Assembly: GCA_963575745.1 (NCBI GenBank)
Contig: CAUYUJ010000288.1
Location: 62,001 to 115,757, forward strand
DNA length: 53,757 bases
Source: Prorocentrum cordatum
Lineage: Eukaryota
Direction of reading: 5' to 3'
Shown: positions 34,901 to 48,546 of the stretch, in pieces
Layout: each line of letters begins with the position of its first letter
Numbering within the stretch: position 1 is the stretch's first letter
The notes under the pieces: generated by a model
The model's database searches: none
The model's input: only the letters and a program-made list of their open reading frames with translations
What the model was told of the DNA's origin: nothing
Translations under genes and position numbers: made by a program

Positions 34901-35752
34901 CTCGAATCCTCTGGGGCCGTCTTGGGGCCCTTCTGGGCCCCTGTCGGGGCTCTCCTCCTCCTCCTCCTCCTCCTCCTCCTCCTCCTCCTCCTCCTCCTCC
35001 TCCTCCTCCTCCTCCTCCTCCTCCTCCCCCTCTCTCCTGGGCCATCTGGCGGCCTCAGAGGCGCATCGTAAGCGAACAGGCGAGACGGCGCAAATCACAG
35101 GCAGCCCAGACCTCTCGGGGGGCACCACTCCTCCTCCTCCTCCTCCTCCTCCTCCTCCTCCTCCTCCTCCTCCTCCTCCTCCTCCTCCTCCTCCTCCTCT
35201 CCTCCCCCTCCCCCTCCCCCTCCCCCTCCCCCTCTCCCCCTCCTCCCTCGTCCCTCCTCCTCCTACTCCTCCTCGTTCTCCTCCTCCTCCTCCTCTTCTT
35301 CTTCTTCCTCCCCTCCTCCTCCTCCTCCTTCTCCCCCTCCTCCTCCTCCTCCTCCCTCTCCTCCTGGAGGTGTCCACCTCGGGCCGTCTTGCGGCTTTAC
35401 TGGGGCCCCTTGGGAGGCATGCGGTGTGCTGCCTTCAACCAAGTTGGACGACCTTCCGCGATCTTGGATGCCAGCTTGGGCGGCGGCGGCAATGTTTTTT
35501 CTCCAGCGAGGCCCTCGGACGTTCTCTATACGCTGACGACTGGGAGCCCCTCGAGCAGCCCCCTCGAACGTCAAGAGCGTGGGCCGCTCAAGCCTCTGAT
35601 CTCCCCTCTCTGCCACGGCTTCTCGGCGGCGCGCGCTCACGGGGAGAGGAAGGCAGCCGGGGCGGGCCCTCCCGGAAGCCTCGGGAGGCCCCCGGGCTCT
35701 CTGAGAGAAGCTTTCCGAGCCTTCTCCGAAGACGCAGACGGTATTTGTTTTT

Positions 35753-36050
35753 TGTGTGTGCAGGTCTGTTATTAATGTTTTGTTTGTTGTGTGTGTGTGT
35801 GTGCGTGTGTGTTTGTGTTTTTTGTTGTGTGTGTGTGTTTGTGTTTTTGTTGTGTGTGTATGTGTTTGCGTGTGTGTGTGCTTTTGCGTGTGTGGGTGTT
35901 CTTTTGTTGTTGTGTATGTGTGTGTGTGTGTGTGTGAGTGTGCGTGTGTGTGTGTGTGTGTGTGTTTGCGTGTGTGTGTGTGTGTTTGTTGTGTGTGTGA
36001 GTGCGCGTGTGTGTGTGTGTGTTTTTGTGTGTGTGTTTGTGTGTGTGTTT
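35753..36050. repeat. Imperfect (GT)n microsatellite
   Basis: Direct inspection. Confidence 0.95.
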
Positions 36051-36291
36051 TCCAGAACGGCAGAAGCCTTCCGAGACGCCCCTCCTGCTTCCGACGAGCC
36101 CCGCCCCCTCGCCACGCCTTCCCCGCCGCGCGCCGCCGGCCCCCCCTGCGCAAAGAAACCCGTCGCCGCGCCCCGGGGCCGTCGGGCGGGGCCGCCTCGG
36201 ACGCTCGAGCGGGCCTCGGTCCTCGTCGTCCAGACGCCGGACGCCCGCGGGGCCCTCCCCCAGCGATAACAGCGACTCAGAGCCCCGAATC

Positions 36292-36380
36292 ATCAGGGGT
36301 AACTCGGGTCAGGGATAACTCGGGTTCCTTTTTCGGGAATCCAAGCCCGAGTTATACCCCGGACCCGAGTTACCCCGGAT
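36292..36380. repeat. Short palindromic element built of TAACTCGGG/CCCGAGTTA units
   Basis: ATCAGGGGTAACTCGGGTCAGGGATAACTCGGG...CCCGAGTTATACCCCGGACCCGAGTTACCCCGGAT. Confidence 0.65.
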
Positions 36381-37209
36381 AACTCGGGCGCCCAAGCGAC
36401 GACAACGACAACGACAGCGTGTCGTCGTCGTTGTTTTCGTTGTGGTCGTTGTTGTCCTTGCTGCCGTTGCCATCGTTGCTATTGTTGCGCTGTCGTCGTT
36501 GTCGTTGCCGTTGCTATCGTCATCGCTGTTATCGCTGTTACCGCTGTCAGGATGGGCTGGCCCCTCCAGCTGACCTCGCCCTCAAGACAAGCGCGGATCG
36601 CGGCCCTGCCTGGACTGGGCAGGTCTCTGGTCGGTCCGAGACGGCCTCCAGCGCTGCCAAGGCCACCCTAGAATGGCCTCCTCGACGGCCACGACTGTCT
36701 CTAGGACGGCCAAGATGGCCCAATATTTATGATATGTGTCGCAGCGCCGTTTATTCCGACGCGCAGCTTCACGTCTTGGGGAGAAAGCCTCGGCCACCAG
36801 GGCGAATTCTGCCTCGGACGCAGGGTTTGCCGTGGGTTTGCCTTGGTGCCGGCTTCGTCACCTTGGGCGTGTCGTGAACAAACGGCGCGGCGACATTGTC
36901 TCAGGAGCATCTGACAAGAGCGTCCGGAGCAACAGATGTAGAACACACATGTTGTATTAATTCAGGAAACATATATTCAATGTGAAGGACGAAATGCGCC
37001 TGCAATCTTTCCATCATATTGAATCGCTTCGCTCATTCCGCCAGCCAGTGATATGGCATCGCTGGTTTTTGTCTGTGTGTTCGTTGCCCATGTTGCGCTC
37101 TTGGGGGCGGGTGTCGTTCGGACGCGTTGCGTGGGGAGTTTTGATGGTGAAGCAGTTCCCTGGGGGTCGTCTCTCGATGGAGCGAAATAGAGTCGTCGTC
37201 AAGATGCTT

Positions 37210-37850
37210 CTTTGGGGGGCCTCTTGGGGTCTGTTGAGAGGCCGTTCGGGGGCGCCTGGGAGACATGTTTGAAGCCTTCTGGGGCTTCTTTTGGGCCTCC
37301 TGGGAGTCTCCTGGGGCCTCTTGGCGACATCTTGGGGCCTCTTGGAGGCCTCTTGGGGCCTCTTTGGGACCTCCTGGGCGCCTTCTGGGACGGAGGGCTC
37401 CATTTTTGAGTTCTCGGTATCCCTCCTGAGTCCCTCTTGGGCCCGTCTTGGGGCCTCTTGGTCCGTCTTGGGCGGCACTTGGGCCGTCTTGAGGGCTCTC
37501 TTGGGTCGTTTCGGCGCCGTCTTGGGAGCTTCGTGGGCCGTCTTGGAGCGGTCTTGGGGGCCTCTTGGGCCGTCTTGGAGCGTCCGGAAGCCGAAAAAAC
37601 CAGAACACAAAAAACATAGGAAAAACCAATGAAAATCAACAATTTTGGCCTCTTGGGGCTCTCTTCGGAGGCCTCTTGGAAGGCTCTTGGGGCGTCTTGG
37701 AGGCCTCTTGGGCTGTCTTGGGGGCCTTTTGGGCCGTCTTGGGGTCATCTTCGGCGTCTTCGAGCGCTCTTTGGGCGTCTCGGGGGCCTCTTGGGCAGTC
37801 TTGGGGGCCTCTTGGGGCACTCTGAGCGCGCTCTGGGGAGCCTGAGAGGC
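37210..37850. repeat. Low-complexity repeat of (GGGCCTC/GGGCCGTC)TTGG units; related patches at 33230-33650 and 34860-34950
   Basis: Direct inspection. Confidence 0.8.
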
Positions 37851-40800
37851 CGCACCCAGAAGGAAAACCATCTCTGAGTAGACTTGGTCGGGCGGCGGTC
37901 GGGCGGCGGTCGGGCGGCGACCGGGCGTTGGTCGGGGTACTTTTCGCCGGGGGACCCACAGGGGCCGCCCCGCGCGCGCGAACTAGCAATACTGTTAATA
38001 CTGTTAACCAGTTACCGGAGATCTTAGCACGCCCTGGCCCGTTGGGCCGGCGAATTTCATGAGATGAAAAGCACTCTGTGTTGTTAATATAGAGGCTTAG
38101 GGCACACATCTCTTCTTAGAATAGGCGCATCGCAGCTGCACTTACATAAGCATATGGAGTTGTGCATTTCATGCCCCATTTTGGTGCTGAAACATAGATC
38201 GCACAATTCCGCGTCAATCGTGAAAAGTCGGCGGCGCATTTCCATGCGAATCTAGATCGATGAGAAAGCACATCTTCCCTGTGAGAGGGCAGGGCGCGCT
38301 CTGCCTTCCCGTCGAATGGTGAGCTTTCGCCTTGGCGCGAGAGCGCGCCTAGACGCGCCGGCATGGCCGTGGCGGGCTTCGCAACGCGCGCCGAGGCGGG
38401 GGGCGCGGCGTGCTCATACGTGTCGGCGCGCCAGCGGCCCAGTAAAGCACGCGAGCGTGGCCGGCCCCCAGCCGGCACGGCCGACCCGGGCTCGACGGGC
38501 GCGGTTTCTCTTCGTTTGGCTGCCGCGCGGGTGACTTCCCAAGTGGTAGACGCTCTATCTAACTTAACTTACTTTGCAGGGGGGCAGTAGGATCGCGCCC
38601 TTTGTGTCCACATGTTTTTGTGCACAGACCTTGCACGGCATATCTAAGCTTAAAGGATGCGGATAGATGCGGCCGCACCCTGGTACAGGCGAGAAGCGTC
38701 TCGTATCCCCTTTTCTGTAACGACGTCAAAAAAGATCAGCATTCTAGATGCGCGCCCCCGGCCTGCACGGGAGCGCCGCCGTATTTAAACACATATATAT
38801 ATATTGAAGCATATCTAAAAGTTTGGAACCGTATCTGCTTGTCTTCAAGACAACATATTTGTTCGTATCTAGCTATCAAAGAATGGCACTGCCGCGCCAT
38901 ACCTGTTCGTATCTAAGTGTGTCAGAATGGATGCTGTTGGCTGTGCTCTCGGGCGAACAGGATCTATGATTCTGGTCGAAGCAATGAGCAATGGGATTGG
39001 GATAGTGGGAAGCCGTAGCGATGAGTGAGGAGGCGAGCGACGACGAGAAAGAGGACGACGAGGTAGGATGGATAACAGCGATGAAACGAGATTCAGGAGA
39101 GAACTGGAAGGGAACAGGGAACCTTTGGAGGGGGAGAGCAAAGAGGAGGAGAAGGAGGCGGAGGACGAGGACGAGGAGGATACGTCAAATCGAAAACCAG
39201 GGGGATGATGGGGAGTGCGGGCGAGGAGGTTTTAGGAGAGCTGGCAGGGAGGTTGACGACGTCGATGCGTTGAGGCTGGAGGAGCGGGGCTCAGGAAACG
39301 GACAAAAGGAAAACAATGGAGAGGAAATTCCGACGCGGAGGACGACGACAATGAATAAGAAGCTGGGTGATACGAAAGTACGCAGACGTGCGAAGAGGAG
39401 GGAGGAGGGGGGTACGTGGGGAAGGGCAGCGAGAACGAATGCGGGGAGTACGGGGGAGTAGGAGGAGGAGGAGGAGGAGGAGGAAGAGGAGGAGAAGGAG
39501 AATAACTGGGAGGACGAATCAAAGTCGTGAGGGGGGATAGTAATTTCGATGGGGGTGCATCAGGATTATGATGTGAAGGCGTGGGGAGGAGTAATTCGGA
39601 CGATTTGCGCGGATGAGGAGTAGGACGAGGAGGAGGGCGCGCGGCTAGGAGGCAAGAGAAGTGAGGTGGAGTAGGAGGGAGAGTCAGGAGGAGAACGTTG
39701 AAGAGGGGGAGTCAGGGCGGGGATGAAGTAGAGCAATGATTGAAGATAATGGCTCCTCTGCTTCGTCCTCCTCATCCTTGTGATCGTTCGGATCGCCCGC
39801 CGTGCCCCTATCCCATCGGTTCGTCATGAATCCCCACTTCATTTTTTCTTCCTCCTCCTCCTCCACCTCCTCATCGTTGTCGTCCTGACTGGCATGTGCA
39901 GTGTCTTCCCTGTTCGTGGTCATTGAGCGGCCTCGGCATGGCAGTGGAGATACGGCGCCGTATCTATTCGTATGTGTTTTTGTTAGCGATGTTTCCAGCG
40001 ATGGGCGCCATATTGAACCGTAGATTAAACATGTACAGACATATCTCTTCGTTTCTAAAAGCGGCCCCGTACATACAAGTAGTAAGAGCACATAGCTCCC
40101 GCATCTATTCATATTCTAATATTTGACCATCGTATCTAAGCGTATCTGTTATGATCGATATCTATTCGTATCAACATTTCTTGAGGGAGGCGCTATACAG
40201 CAGATGGTCCAGGGGGAATTTGGGATGCCGCGCGGCCCCTCCGAGCGCAGCTGCCGCTGAGGACATGAGCGAGCAACATAGATGTTTGAACTTGTTTTCC
40301 AGGGTATTTGCTGGTGAGCAGAAAGCCGGCGGGGCCGTTCCCAGGGCGGCTCGCCGGGTGGGCCTGGGCCGCCGCCGCATGTGCACCCCGGCGGGGAGAG
40401 ACGCGCCCAAGAGGGGGCCGGCCGCGGCGGGTCGCAAGCGCTCCTGCGCAGCCGGCCCCGCCGCCTTCGGCCGCGCCCAGCGCGGCCGACCCGAGCTCTG
40501 CACAGCGCGCGGACGCGGCCGCCCCCGCATTCTCAGGCGCGTCGGCGCGGCCGAGGCGGGACGCGCAAAACCCGCCAGCGCGGCGGGCCCCGCGCTTTCG
40601 GATTCGCCGGCGCGGCTGAGGCGGCGCTGCGAGGTGCGCGCGGCGCGGCTGGCCCCGCGTTTTCGGGCTTTCCGCCGTGCCCGAGGCGGGCCGAGCAGAA
40701 CGCGCCGGCACGGTCAGCCCCGCGCTTTCAGACGCGTCGTCGCGCCTCAGGCGAATTCTGTCATGCCCCCGGCGCCCAACGGGCGATTTTGTAGTCGAGG

Positions 40801-40859
40801 GGTTGGCGCGTGAAGGGCAGCATGCGCGCGTTAGAAGCGCGTGCGCCTGAACGCCGCAA

Positions 40860-40907
<48 letters not shown>

Positions 40908-41489
40908 ATCGTTCTGGGGCACGCGCGGACGCGGCCAGCCTGGCATCCTCAGCCCAGCTGGTCGCTGGCGGACTCTGCCGCTGGGATCTCGCCGCGGGCT
41001 GCCAGACATTCCCGCCGCAGTGTTTGCGCGTAGGGTTGGAGCTGGGCCTGCGCGTCGGCTCGGCGGCCGCGTGCCCGCCGTCGCCGCCCCGTCGCCGCGC
41101 GGCCGCCGCCCGTGGGCCTGCGCGGCGCTGTGGCGGTTTATGTGGCCGCCGTCGCCGCCCCGTCGCCGCCCCGTCGCCGCCCGTCGTCGGGGCCTGCTCG
41201 GCGGGCCTGCGGCTATGCAGCCGCCGTGGCCGGCCCGTCGCCCGTCGTCGCCGCCCGCCGGCTCGTCGCCGCACTGCGTCGCAGTGCTCTCGATTGCTCC
41301 GCACTGCTCGGCATTGCCTCGTACAGCTTCGCACTGCTTTGCATCGTGCTGCCTTGTGTTGCTGTGCTTTGCATTGCTGCGCGCTGCGTTGTCTAGTCTT
41401 GCGCTGCTTTGCATCGCTTCCTTGGCGTTGCTTTGTGCTGCTTGGGTTCACCTTGCTTGACATTGCTTTGCGTTGCATTGTTTCGCGTA

Positions 41490-42010
41490 GCATACCACCA
41501 CATCGCCTACACCACATATTTTACACCACATATATAAGTGCGCTGCGTATACTACACCATATAGCTCGCACCACACATTGCACTGCATAGACTTGCATCA
41601 CATGAATTGCACCACATGGCTTAAATCATACATATCTATATATATATATATATATAGATCGCACCACACGGATTGCACCACATAGATTGAACCACATAGC
41701 GCCCACCCCATATATTGCACCACTGAAATGGCACCATGTAGCTTACACCACATAGCTCACACCACATACAGTGCACCACGTAGCGTGCACCACATAAGGT
41801 GCAGCACGTACCTCGCACATAGCTCGCATCACATACAGTGCTTCACGTAGCATGAACCACAGCTTGCGCCACATGGCCTGCATCGCGTGAATTGCACCAC
41901 CTAGCTTGCACCACATAGCGTGCATAGCATCTCGTAAATTGCTCCGCATAGCTTGCACCACGTAGCTTGCGCCGCAGAAGTTGCGCCACATAGCTTGCAC
42001 CACATATACG
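41490..42010. repeat. Degenerate GCACCACATAG(C) tandem repeat
   Basis: Direct inspection. Confidence 0.8.
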
Positions 42011-44199
42011 GACCTGCTATGATAGAGAACGCGCTGTTTGGGATCCACGGTGGCGGACATATGTCTTTCAAGGGGTTTCAGCTCATCTTGGTTGCTTTTT
42101 TTTGCCGGTGCATTTGCGCGGGGGAGCCAGTGTCCTCATCTTATGCGTGAAGCAATGAAGCATGCCCCTCGTGTTCGATACCTTGAGATTTTGCGGTTCG
42201 CAGGGCACGACGGAACGCATTTCTTATTCGTGTCGAATCGGTGAAGCTTGCGTTTTTGTTGTTCATTGTGTGATGAAGTTCGGCTATTGCGTTTTAGCCG
42301 CGCAGTGAAGTCTGCAGTTTCATATCTTCAGAAAGTGACGAGGTCGTTGTTTCTATTTACCTTGATACCGATAGACTGTATGCTCTTGGTGTTACCACAG
42401 AGCGATTTGTTGTTGCAGACGCCAAACATTTCATAACGGGGTGCAAAGAATTCCCCGCATGCCGTATGAATCGATGAGTCGTTTTTCAATAGTCCTGGCG
42501 GTTTACCGGTGCGGCGTTGTCACATGATTCCAGGGCTATAGCCCAAGATGGCTTCCAAATTGCTCTCAGATGCCCCAAGGCAGTACCTCCAGTCCCCACG
42601 GAGGAAGGCATCGTCATACAGTCATACATTCGATTTCGCGGGGTGCACAACACGGCACACGAGGGCCTTCCAAGGCGACCCAACGCCCCAATAGTGAATT
42701 GTTATGCGGCCATAAAGAGGCTTGAAACACGGCCCAGTAGAGCCCCAGGACTGCCCAAGATGGCTAGAAGATGCCCCCCGACGCCTTCCAAATCGTGGCC
42801 TGGTCATTCTACCAAACTCTGGTTGGCAGCAAGTTGCATGGCTGAGTCTCACCTCTCTGTGCAGGCCTCTGGTGGAGCCAGGGCGCGGAGCCACCGCTCG
42901 AGTGGCTTCGTTTTGGCAGACGGTATGACGGGACGCTTGCAGGGATGTGTGACTTGTTCGATCTCCGTGTGAGTGTGGTTCACCAGAGGAGAAAAAAAAA
43001 AACTCTGGTTGGCAGCAAGATGATCCCCAAACATACTTCGACGTCTCTATCCCTGTGATGCCCCCCGGGAGGCCCCCCGAGGCTCCCCCGAACTCCCCAA
43101 CACGGCTTACGAGAGGCTCTCCAGAGCCCCCTCCCTCCTCTGCCCCTCCTGCACAGGCCGCAAGAGGCCTCCAACAGGCTTCCGATTGACAACAAATACC
43201 TACCGAAAGGCATTCAAACTCTGTTCGTGTGACGAGGTTAGGGGGGAAGTGTTGCGACGTGGGGGTAAGGGAGATGGTGAGACCCTTCCACGAAGGGCAA
43301 AGACGGGGACAGTTCCGGAAGAATTCGTACCCTGAGCCGCCTACGCCCAGAGGGCCAGTGGGATTTTCAGAATCCGTTTCGTTGTGCGTGCAGTGTTGTT
43401 CATATGCCGGAGCCTTGCCCGCGGTGCCCACTTGTAGCTTGTGTGCATGCCCAGCTGTCTGGCCGAGGTGCTGAGAAGTACTTCGGCGGCGAGCCTGGGG
43501 AGGGGGAACTGAGAAGGAAAAGACCTTCTCAGAAGGCTTGGAAGTCCCCCGGCCTTCTGAGAAGCTCCCTGAGCCTTCCTCGAATACACAGAATACCTCT
43601 CGGAAGCCGCGAGGGCTTGTGAGAAGTCACACCGCCTTCTGAGAGGGCCTTCTCTTTCTCACTTCCCCCCCGGGCGCGCCGCCGAATCTGGTGTTTGGAT
43701 CATAGGTCGGGTCTCTGGTGGCCGTTCGGGACGATCCCGGCACCCCCCCCGGAACGTTCTCGCCGAGGCGCAGCCGCTGGAACGCATCCCGAGGCTGGAA
43801 AACCGTCGAGAACCGACGAACACGTCCGAGAACCTCGAGCCTCGAAACCGCCGAGTGCTGGCAGGCTGCAGTGTGTCTGGACGGCAAGGTTGGACACCGC
43901 GGCAGGGGGGCGCCGCGCGCCCCAGGCCGGCAGAGCGGAGGAAGAAAAAAACACTTCCGCCAGACGCCTCTGGCGGGCAGGACAGCCCTGAGGTGCTCGG
44001 GCAGCGCTTGCGACGACTCGGGCGGCACCGCTCTCCTTCTCCTCCTCCTCCTCCTCCCCCTCCTGCCCCGCTTCCTCCTCCCCTTACCCTTCGGTTTCCT
44101 CTTTCTTTTCCTCCACCCACTCCTGCCTCTCGTCGTCCTCTTGCTCCTCCTCCTCCGCCCGCCACTATCCCTCTCCTCTTCCCTTTCCTCCATCCTCCC

Positions 44200-44740
44200 C
44201 ATTGTCAATAACTCCTCCCTGTTGCACCCTCCGACGTGTCTGTAGGGCAGGCCTGGCGTTTCGCCCCAGATTTCCTCACCATTTCTGATCCTGGAGCTTG
44301 GAATTCGCAGCGGGGCTGGAGGGCGGGTGGTTTCCAACATGTGGTTCTCGCCTCGGGTCCGCGCGCATATTTGTGTTCAAAAAGTGCAGCAGTTTCAGGG
44401 ATGGAGAGGGGCCGTTTTCTGAATGGAGCTCTCGCCGCACCGCCGGGCACATTCGTCCCAAGAGTTTGCAGCATGCTCGGGGATGGGAGGCGGGGTCTTT
44501 TTCTAAATGGGGCTCTCATCCTCAGCGTCGCGAGCAGTTGTCGCAAGCGCGTGCGCTCGCTTCGAGGATGGAGGGCGGCTCATCTCTCCGAGGGGGGGGG
44601 GGCCTTGCCGTGGCGCGGCGCCCGGTCGTTTTGCGAGCTTGCAGCAGCATCAAGCACGGAGAGCGGCTAATGTTCAGCACGCGGCCCTCGCGTGCGTGCC
44701 GCGCCCAGGTCGCTGTTTTAAAAGTTCGCAGCAGCTTCAG
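44200..44740 (-). repeat. Degenerate partial copy of the minisatellite element
   Basis: GGCGTTTCGCC..CTCACCATTT, GAGGGCGGGTGGTTTCCAACATGTGGTTCTCGCC. Confidence 0.6.
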
Positions 44741-47448
44741 GGACACAGTCAAAAACCCTCATGAGGACGCGCGACTTTGCTCGGGGTACCCTTGCGTCCT
44801 TGCTCTTCCTTGCTCTTGCGTCCCTGGGGTTTTCGTCGTCCGCCGCCCCAAAAATCCCAACTTCGGCTTCCAAGGGTCTTGCGTCCTTACCGCGCGTCCC
44901 TATTAGGGTTTTTGACTGTACGTGGGGCGCCGCTTCCTGCATGGGGCTCGCGCCGTGGCGCCGGGCGCACACTCGTCCTGACAGCCTGCAGCAGCTTCTG
45001 GGACGGAGTGGTGGGGGAGGGGGGGCGTTTGTTGTAAGGGTCTCTCGCCGCAGCGACGCGCATAGATTCACTGTAAACGTGGCGAGGAGGAGGAGGAGGA
45101 GGGGGAGGAGGAGGAGGAGGAGGAGGAGGAGGAGGAGGAGGAGGAGGAGGAGGAGGGGGAGGAGGGGGAGGAGGGGGAGGAGGAGGAGGAGGAGGAGGAG
45201 GAGGAGGAGGAAGGAGGAGGAGGAGGAGGAGGAGGAGGCTCTCGCCGCAGCGCCGCGCACACTCGTGGATGGATCAGAGGACGGAGCAGAGGATGGCGTA
45301 GAGGTGGTTTGCGGGCCCCCCCGCCAGAACGGCAGCCCCCATGGGGTGCTGATGCTTCGAGGAGGGCGCCTCATGCAGTGCAGACGAAAGCTTGGAGAGA
45401 CGTGCGAGGAAGGGACTCGGGACGGAAGGGCGTTTTGCCGCATCTCTGGTGCATCGTGGGCTCGCTCTGGTCCTCCTCCCCTCCTGCGTCGGAGGCGGCC
45501 TCCGAAGGAGGAGGGGGCGGCAGTAGAGGGAGGAGCAGGCGCAAGAACAGTGAGGTACGAGCACGGGGAGGAGCGAGGGGGGGGGTGCGGCAGGGAGGGA
45601 GGAGCAGACGCAAGAGCGGTGAGGTGCGAGCACGGGGAGGAGCGCGGGCTCGATGCAGAGGTCGATCCCCCGCTCCTGCTCCCAAGCACCCCCCTCCGGT
45701 GCGTCCCGCCCGTGCGCGGGCCAGGGAGCTGCGGCGCCCATCTCCTCCATCTCCTCCGTATCCTCCCTCTCCTCGCCCTCCTCCCGCTGCCCCTCGCTCT
45801 CCCTCTGCCCTTCCTGCTGCTCCCCCCCTCGTCCTGCTCCTTTTCCCCCCCCCCCCCCCCCTCCCCCTCCCCCTTGTCCTGCCCCCTCCATGGGACAAGG
45901 GGGCACACAAGGAAGCGCAAAGGAGGTACCAGGACAGGAGGTGGATGGGGCAGAGCGGCGCACTTGGTACGTCCCCTAGTTCCCGTTGAAGGTGTACGTT
46001 ATGGTACTTTGGCTCAGAGAGTCGCGCTGTCGGTTCTGGCCCCCCACCACGCTTCGGCGCGACACGCTGTCCATGTCCCAGTCCCCGAGCGTCAAGGTCC
46101 CGAGTCTTTCCCGAGCCTCCCGCCCCGCGGGGCGGAGCGACACGCTGTCCACTCGCCAGGCATAGCGTGTGGCCAGGGCCGCCGCCGCGACATGCTGAAA
46201 CAAGCATTCCCGACCGTAGGCGTAGCATGTTATACTTATCGGGGTACCCGAAGAGCGTACGAGGCGACGTGAGTAGAAGCTGAATGGGATCCAGTACCAT
46301 TCCGGCGGAGCGTAGGAGACGCGTCGTAGCATGCAGCCTCTCGCCGGCAAGTGTTTCAGTATTTGTCGCCAGTTGTAGCTTACACAATGGCGCAGCACAA
46401 ATGCGACGGCTATGCATGGTCCCAGTGTCTTCGCATGCTTGGGAGCTGGGCCTGTGTGCGGTTGCAGCGGTAGGCTTCGTGCCTGCTCCTCGCGGGGAGC
46501 TGCAGCGCTCCTCACGGCTGGGGGCCCGAGATTGCCGTCCACATCTTCGCGATCCTGCGTAGCATGGTGGTCGTCCGAGGCATTGCTTTCCTCAGGCGTG
46601 GGAGCCAGCTGCGGTCGCGTGTCCGCCTCCAGGTTGTTCTGGTGCGTGAAGGGGTTGCCCTGTTCGGAAGAAGGGCCCAGTTCGTGTGAGCTGCCTCCAG
46701 ACTCTTGCTCCTGGCAGAGGAGCTTGAGGTCTGCAGTCAGCTCGTCACTCTCTTCACGGGGGTACCAGGCCTGCAAGTTTGAGTAGGCCTGCTCAGGCAA
46801 AGCATCCCATGCCCCTGTGTAGACGACCACTTGCGAACTCACTTGAGGTAGTCTGCCTAGTCGTATCACTGTTCAGGGCGATGCGCTCGCCAGTAGTCTC
46901 GAATTGTGCGTCAAAGCGTATGGTGGCCAGAGTCTTCTTGATGATTGCTATGGTGCTAGTCGTCGCGGTAAGGGGTAGATTGTCCCTCGCGGTCATTTTG
47001 CCAGGGGCCTTGGTACATCGGCGCCGTCATCGTGCGTAGCCTTGACAAGTACGATGATGTTTGTTGACGCTGACCTGCGCGAACTTCGTAGCGATTCTGC
47101 ACCCCGCACGTTTTATTTCCTACGCGGGGACGTGGTGGAGTGGAGTGCTCGGGTGGTAACCTTTACTGGGATCTCGAGCCCGTTGTGAAGGACCTCGCTG
47201 TAGACGCCGATCGTGTTGAAGACCCCTGCGTCTGTCATGGTGGTGGTGCCGTCCTGGCCCAGGCTCTTTTATAACGCGAGGAAGGACATCTTGGCTGGCT
47301 AGGGCAGGGTACTTTTGCCGCTGGAAGCTGTAGACTTGAGTGGGCGTACGTAGTTATGGCTGTCTATGTTCCCCCCTTCTCTTTCTCCTTGGTTCCTTCC
47401 TCCCTCTCCTCCTCCTTGACTGCCTCCTCCTCCTCCTCCTCTTCCTCC

Positions 47449-47470
47449 TCCGTAGCCATGTTGGCTGCAG
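47449..47470 (+). other. Relic dinoflagellate spliced leader (DinoSL)
   Basis: TCCGTAGCCATGTTGGCTGCAG matches DCCGTAGCCATTTTGGCTCAAG at 19/22 positions. Confidence 0.7.
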
Positions 47471-47741
47471 TCTCCGTGTCGCCGTGCGGCCACATGGAGA
47501 CCGCTTGGCCCCGAATGTCCCCAGCCATTTCCAGCACCACTCAGGGATGCGCTGGCGCCCACGCTGTGCCCTCGCGGCCTCCATCTCCCCGTCCTGTGCG
47601 GCGGTCGAGGTCTTCCTGTCGCTGTGCTGCCCTGCCGGGCGCAGCCTCCATATCTCCGCCGGGCAGCTACCCTTGTTCATGCTGTGCGGCGCTGTTACTG
47701 TTCGGACTGCCCCCCCCCCCCCCCCCCTCGCCTTCGACACC

Positions 47742-48546
47742 ATGCCGCGCACTGGCGTCTCCAAGGGCGGCGCCACGGACGAGGTCTCCATCGGCAACCG
47801 CAGCACCGGCTGCAGCGGGCGTGGCCGTGCCAAACCTGGTTTCGATCCTGCTCGGCGTGGGCAAGATCGGGGACATCGACTAGAAGGAGAAGGAGACCAA
47901 GAAGGGCCTCGTCAGTCTCAGGCTGCTGTCAGCACTGGCACACGGGACCCCGCTGGGGGACAGCGCCGACACCGCTCTGGTCCAGCCCGCACACCGGTCC
48001 GCACTGGAGCAGGACGCCGAGAAAAACCACGAAGAGAAGGCGCTGCTGGAGAACACCCTGAGCAACGAGAAGGACATCGACTTTCAGGCGCTCCTCTTCA
48101 ACGTGCACCGGGTGGCGCCACCGCCCCCATGGCCGCCCATGGTCTTGCACCTCACCCATGGCTGCGCACCTCACCCCACCTGGGAAGCAGGCAGGTGGAC
48201 CAGCGTCCGAATTGCGCTGGAGAAGAGCTGGGATCGGTGGTTGATCCTCTCCACCACCCTGGAGGAGGCCCCTGGCATGGAGCTGCTCCCCGAGCGCCAC
48301 ACCGAGTACCTGTGCCACCTGCTGGAGATGGAGGGCAAGTTGACCAAGCCTTCGAGGCGGCCTTCCAGTCCGACCCCACCGTGCCATCGCAGCGACCGGC
48401 CCCTGCACGAGCTCATGCCGAACAGAATCCAGAACGTGCAGGCCAAGGTCCTGGAGCTACCTTCCCACAAGGTACACATGCAGCATTCCCATCAATTGCT
48501 GATAATCTTCAAGCTCAACTGCTCGCGCACGTCAACGCCGCCATGA
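47742..48546 (+). pseudogene. Decayed intronless coding-like sequence of unknown product, downstream of the SL relic
   Basis: MPRTGVSKGG.., then a frameshift into SILLGVGKIGDID*KEKETKKGLVSLRLL..NEKDIDFQALLFNVHR..SVRIALEKSWDRW; GC3-rich, in-frame stop. Confidence 0.4.
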
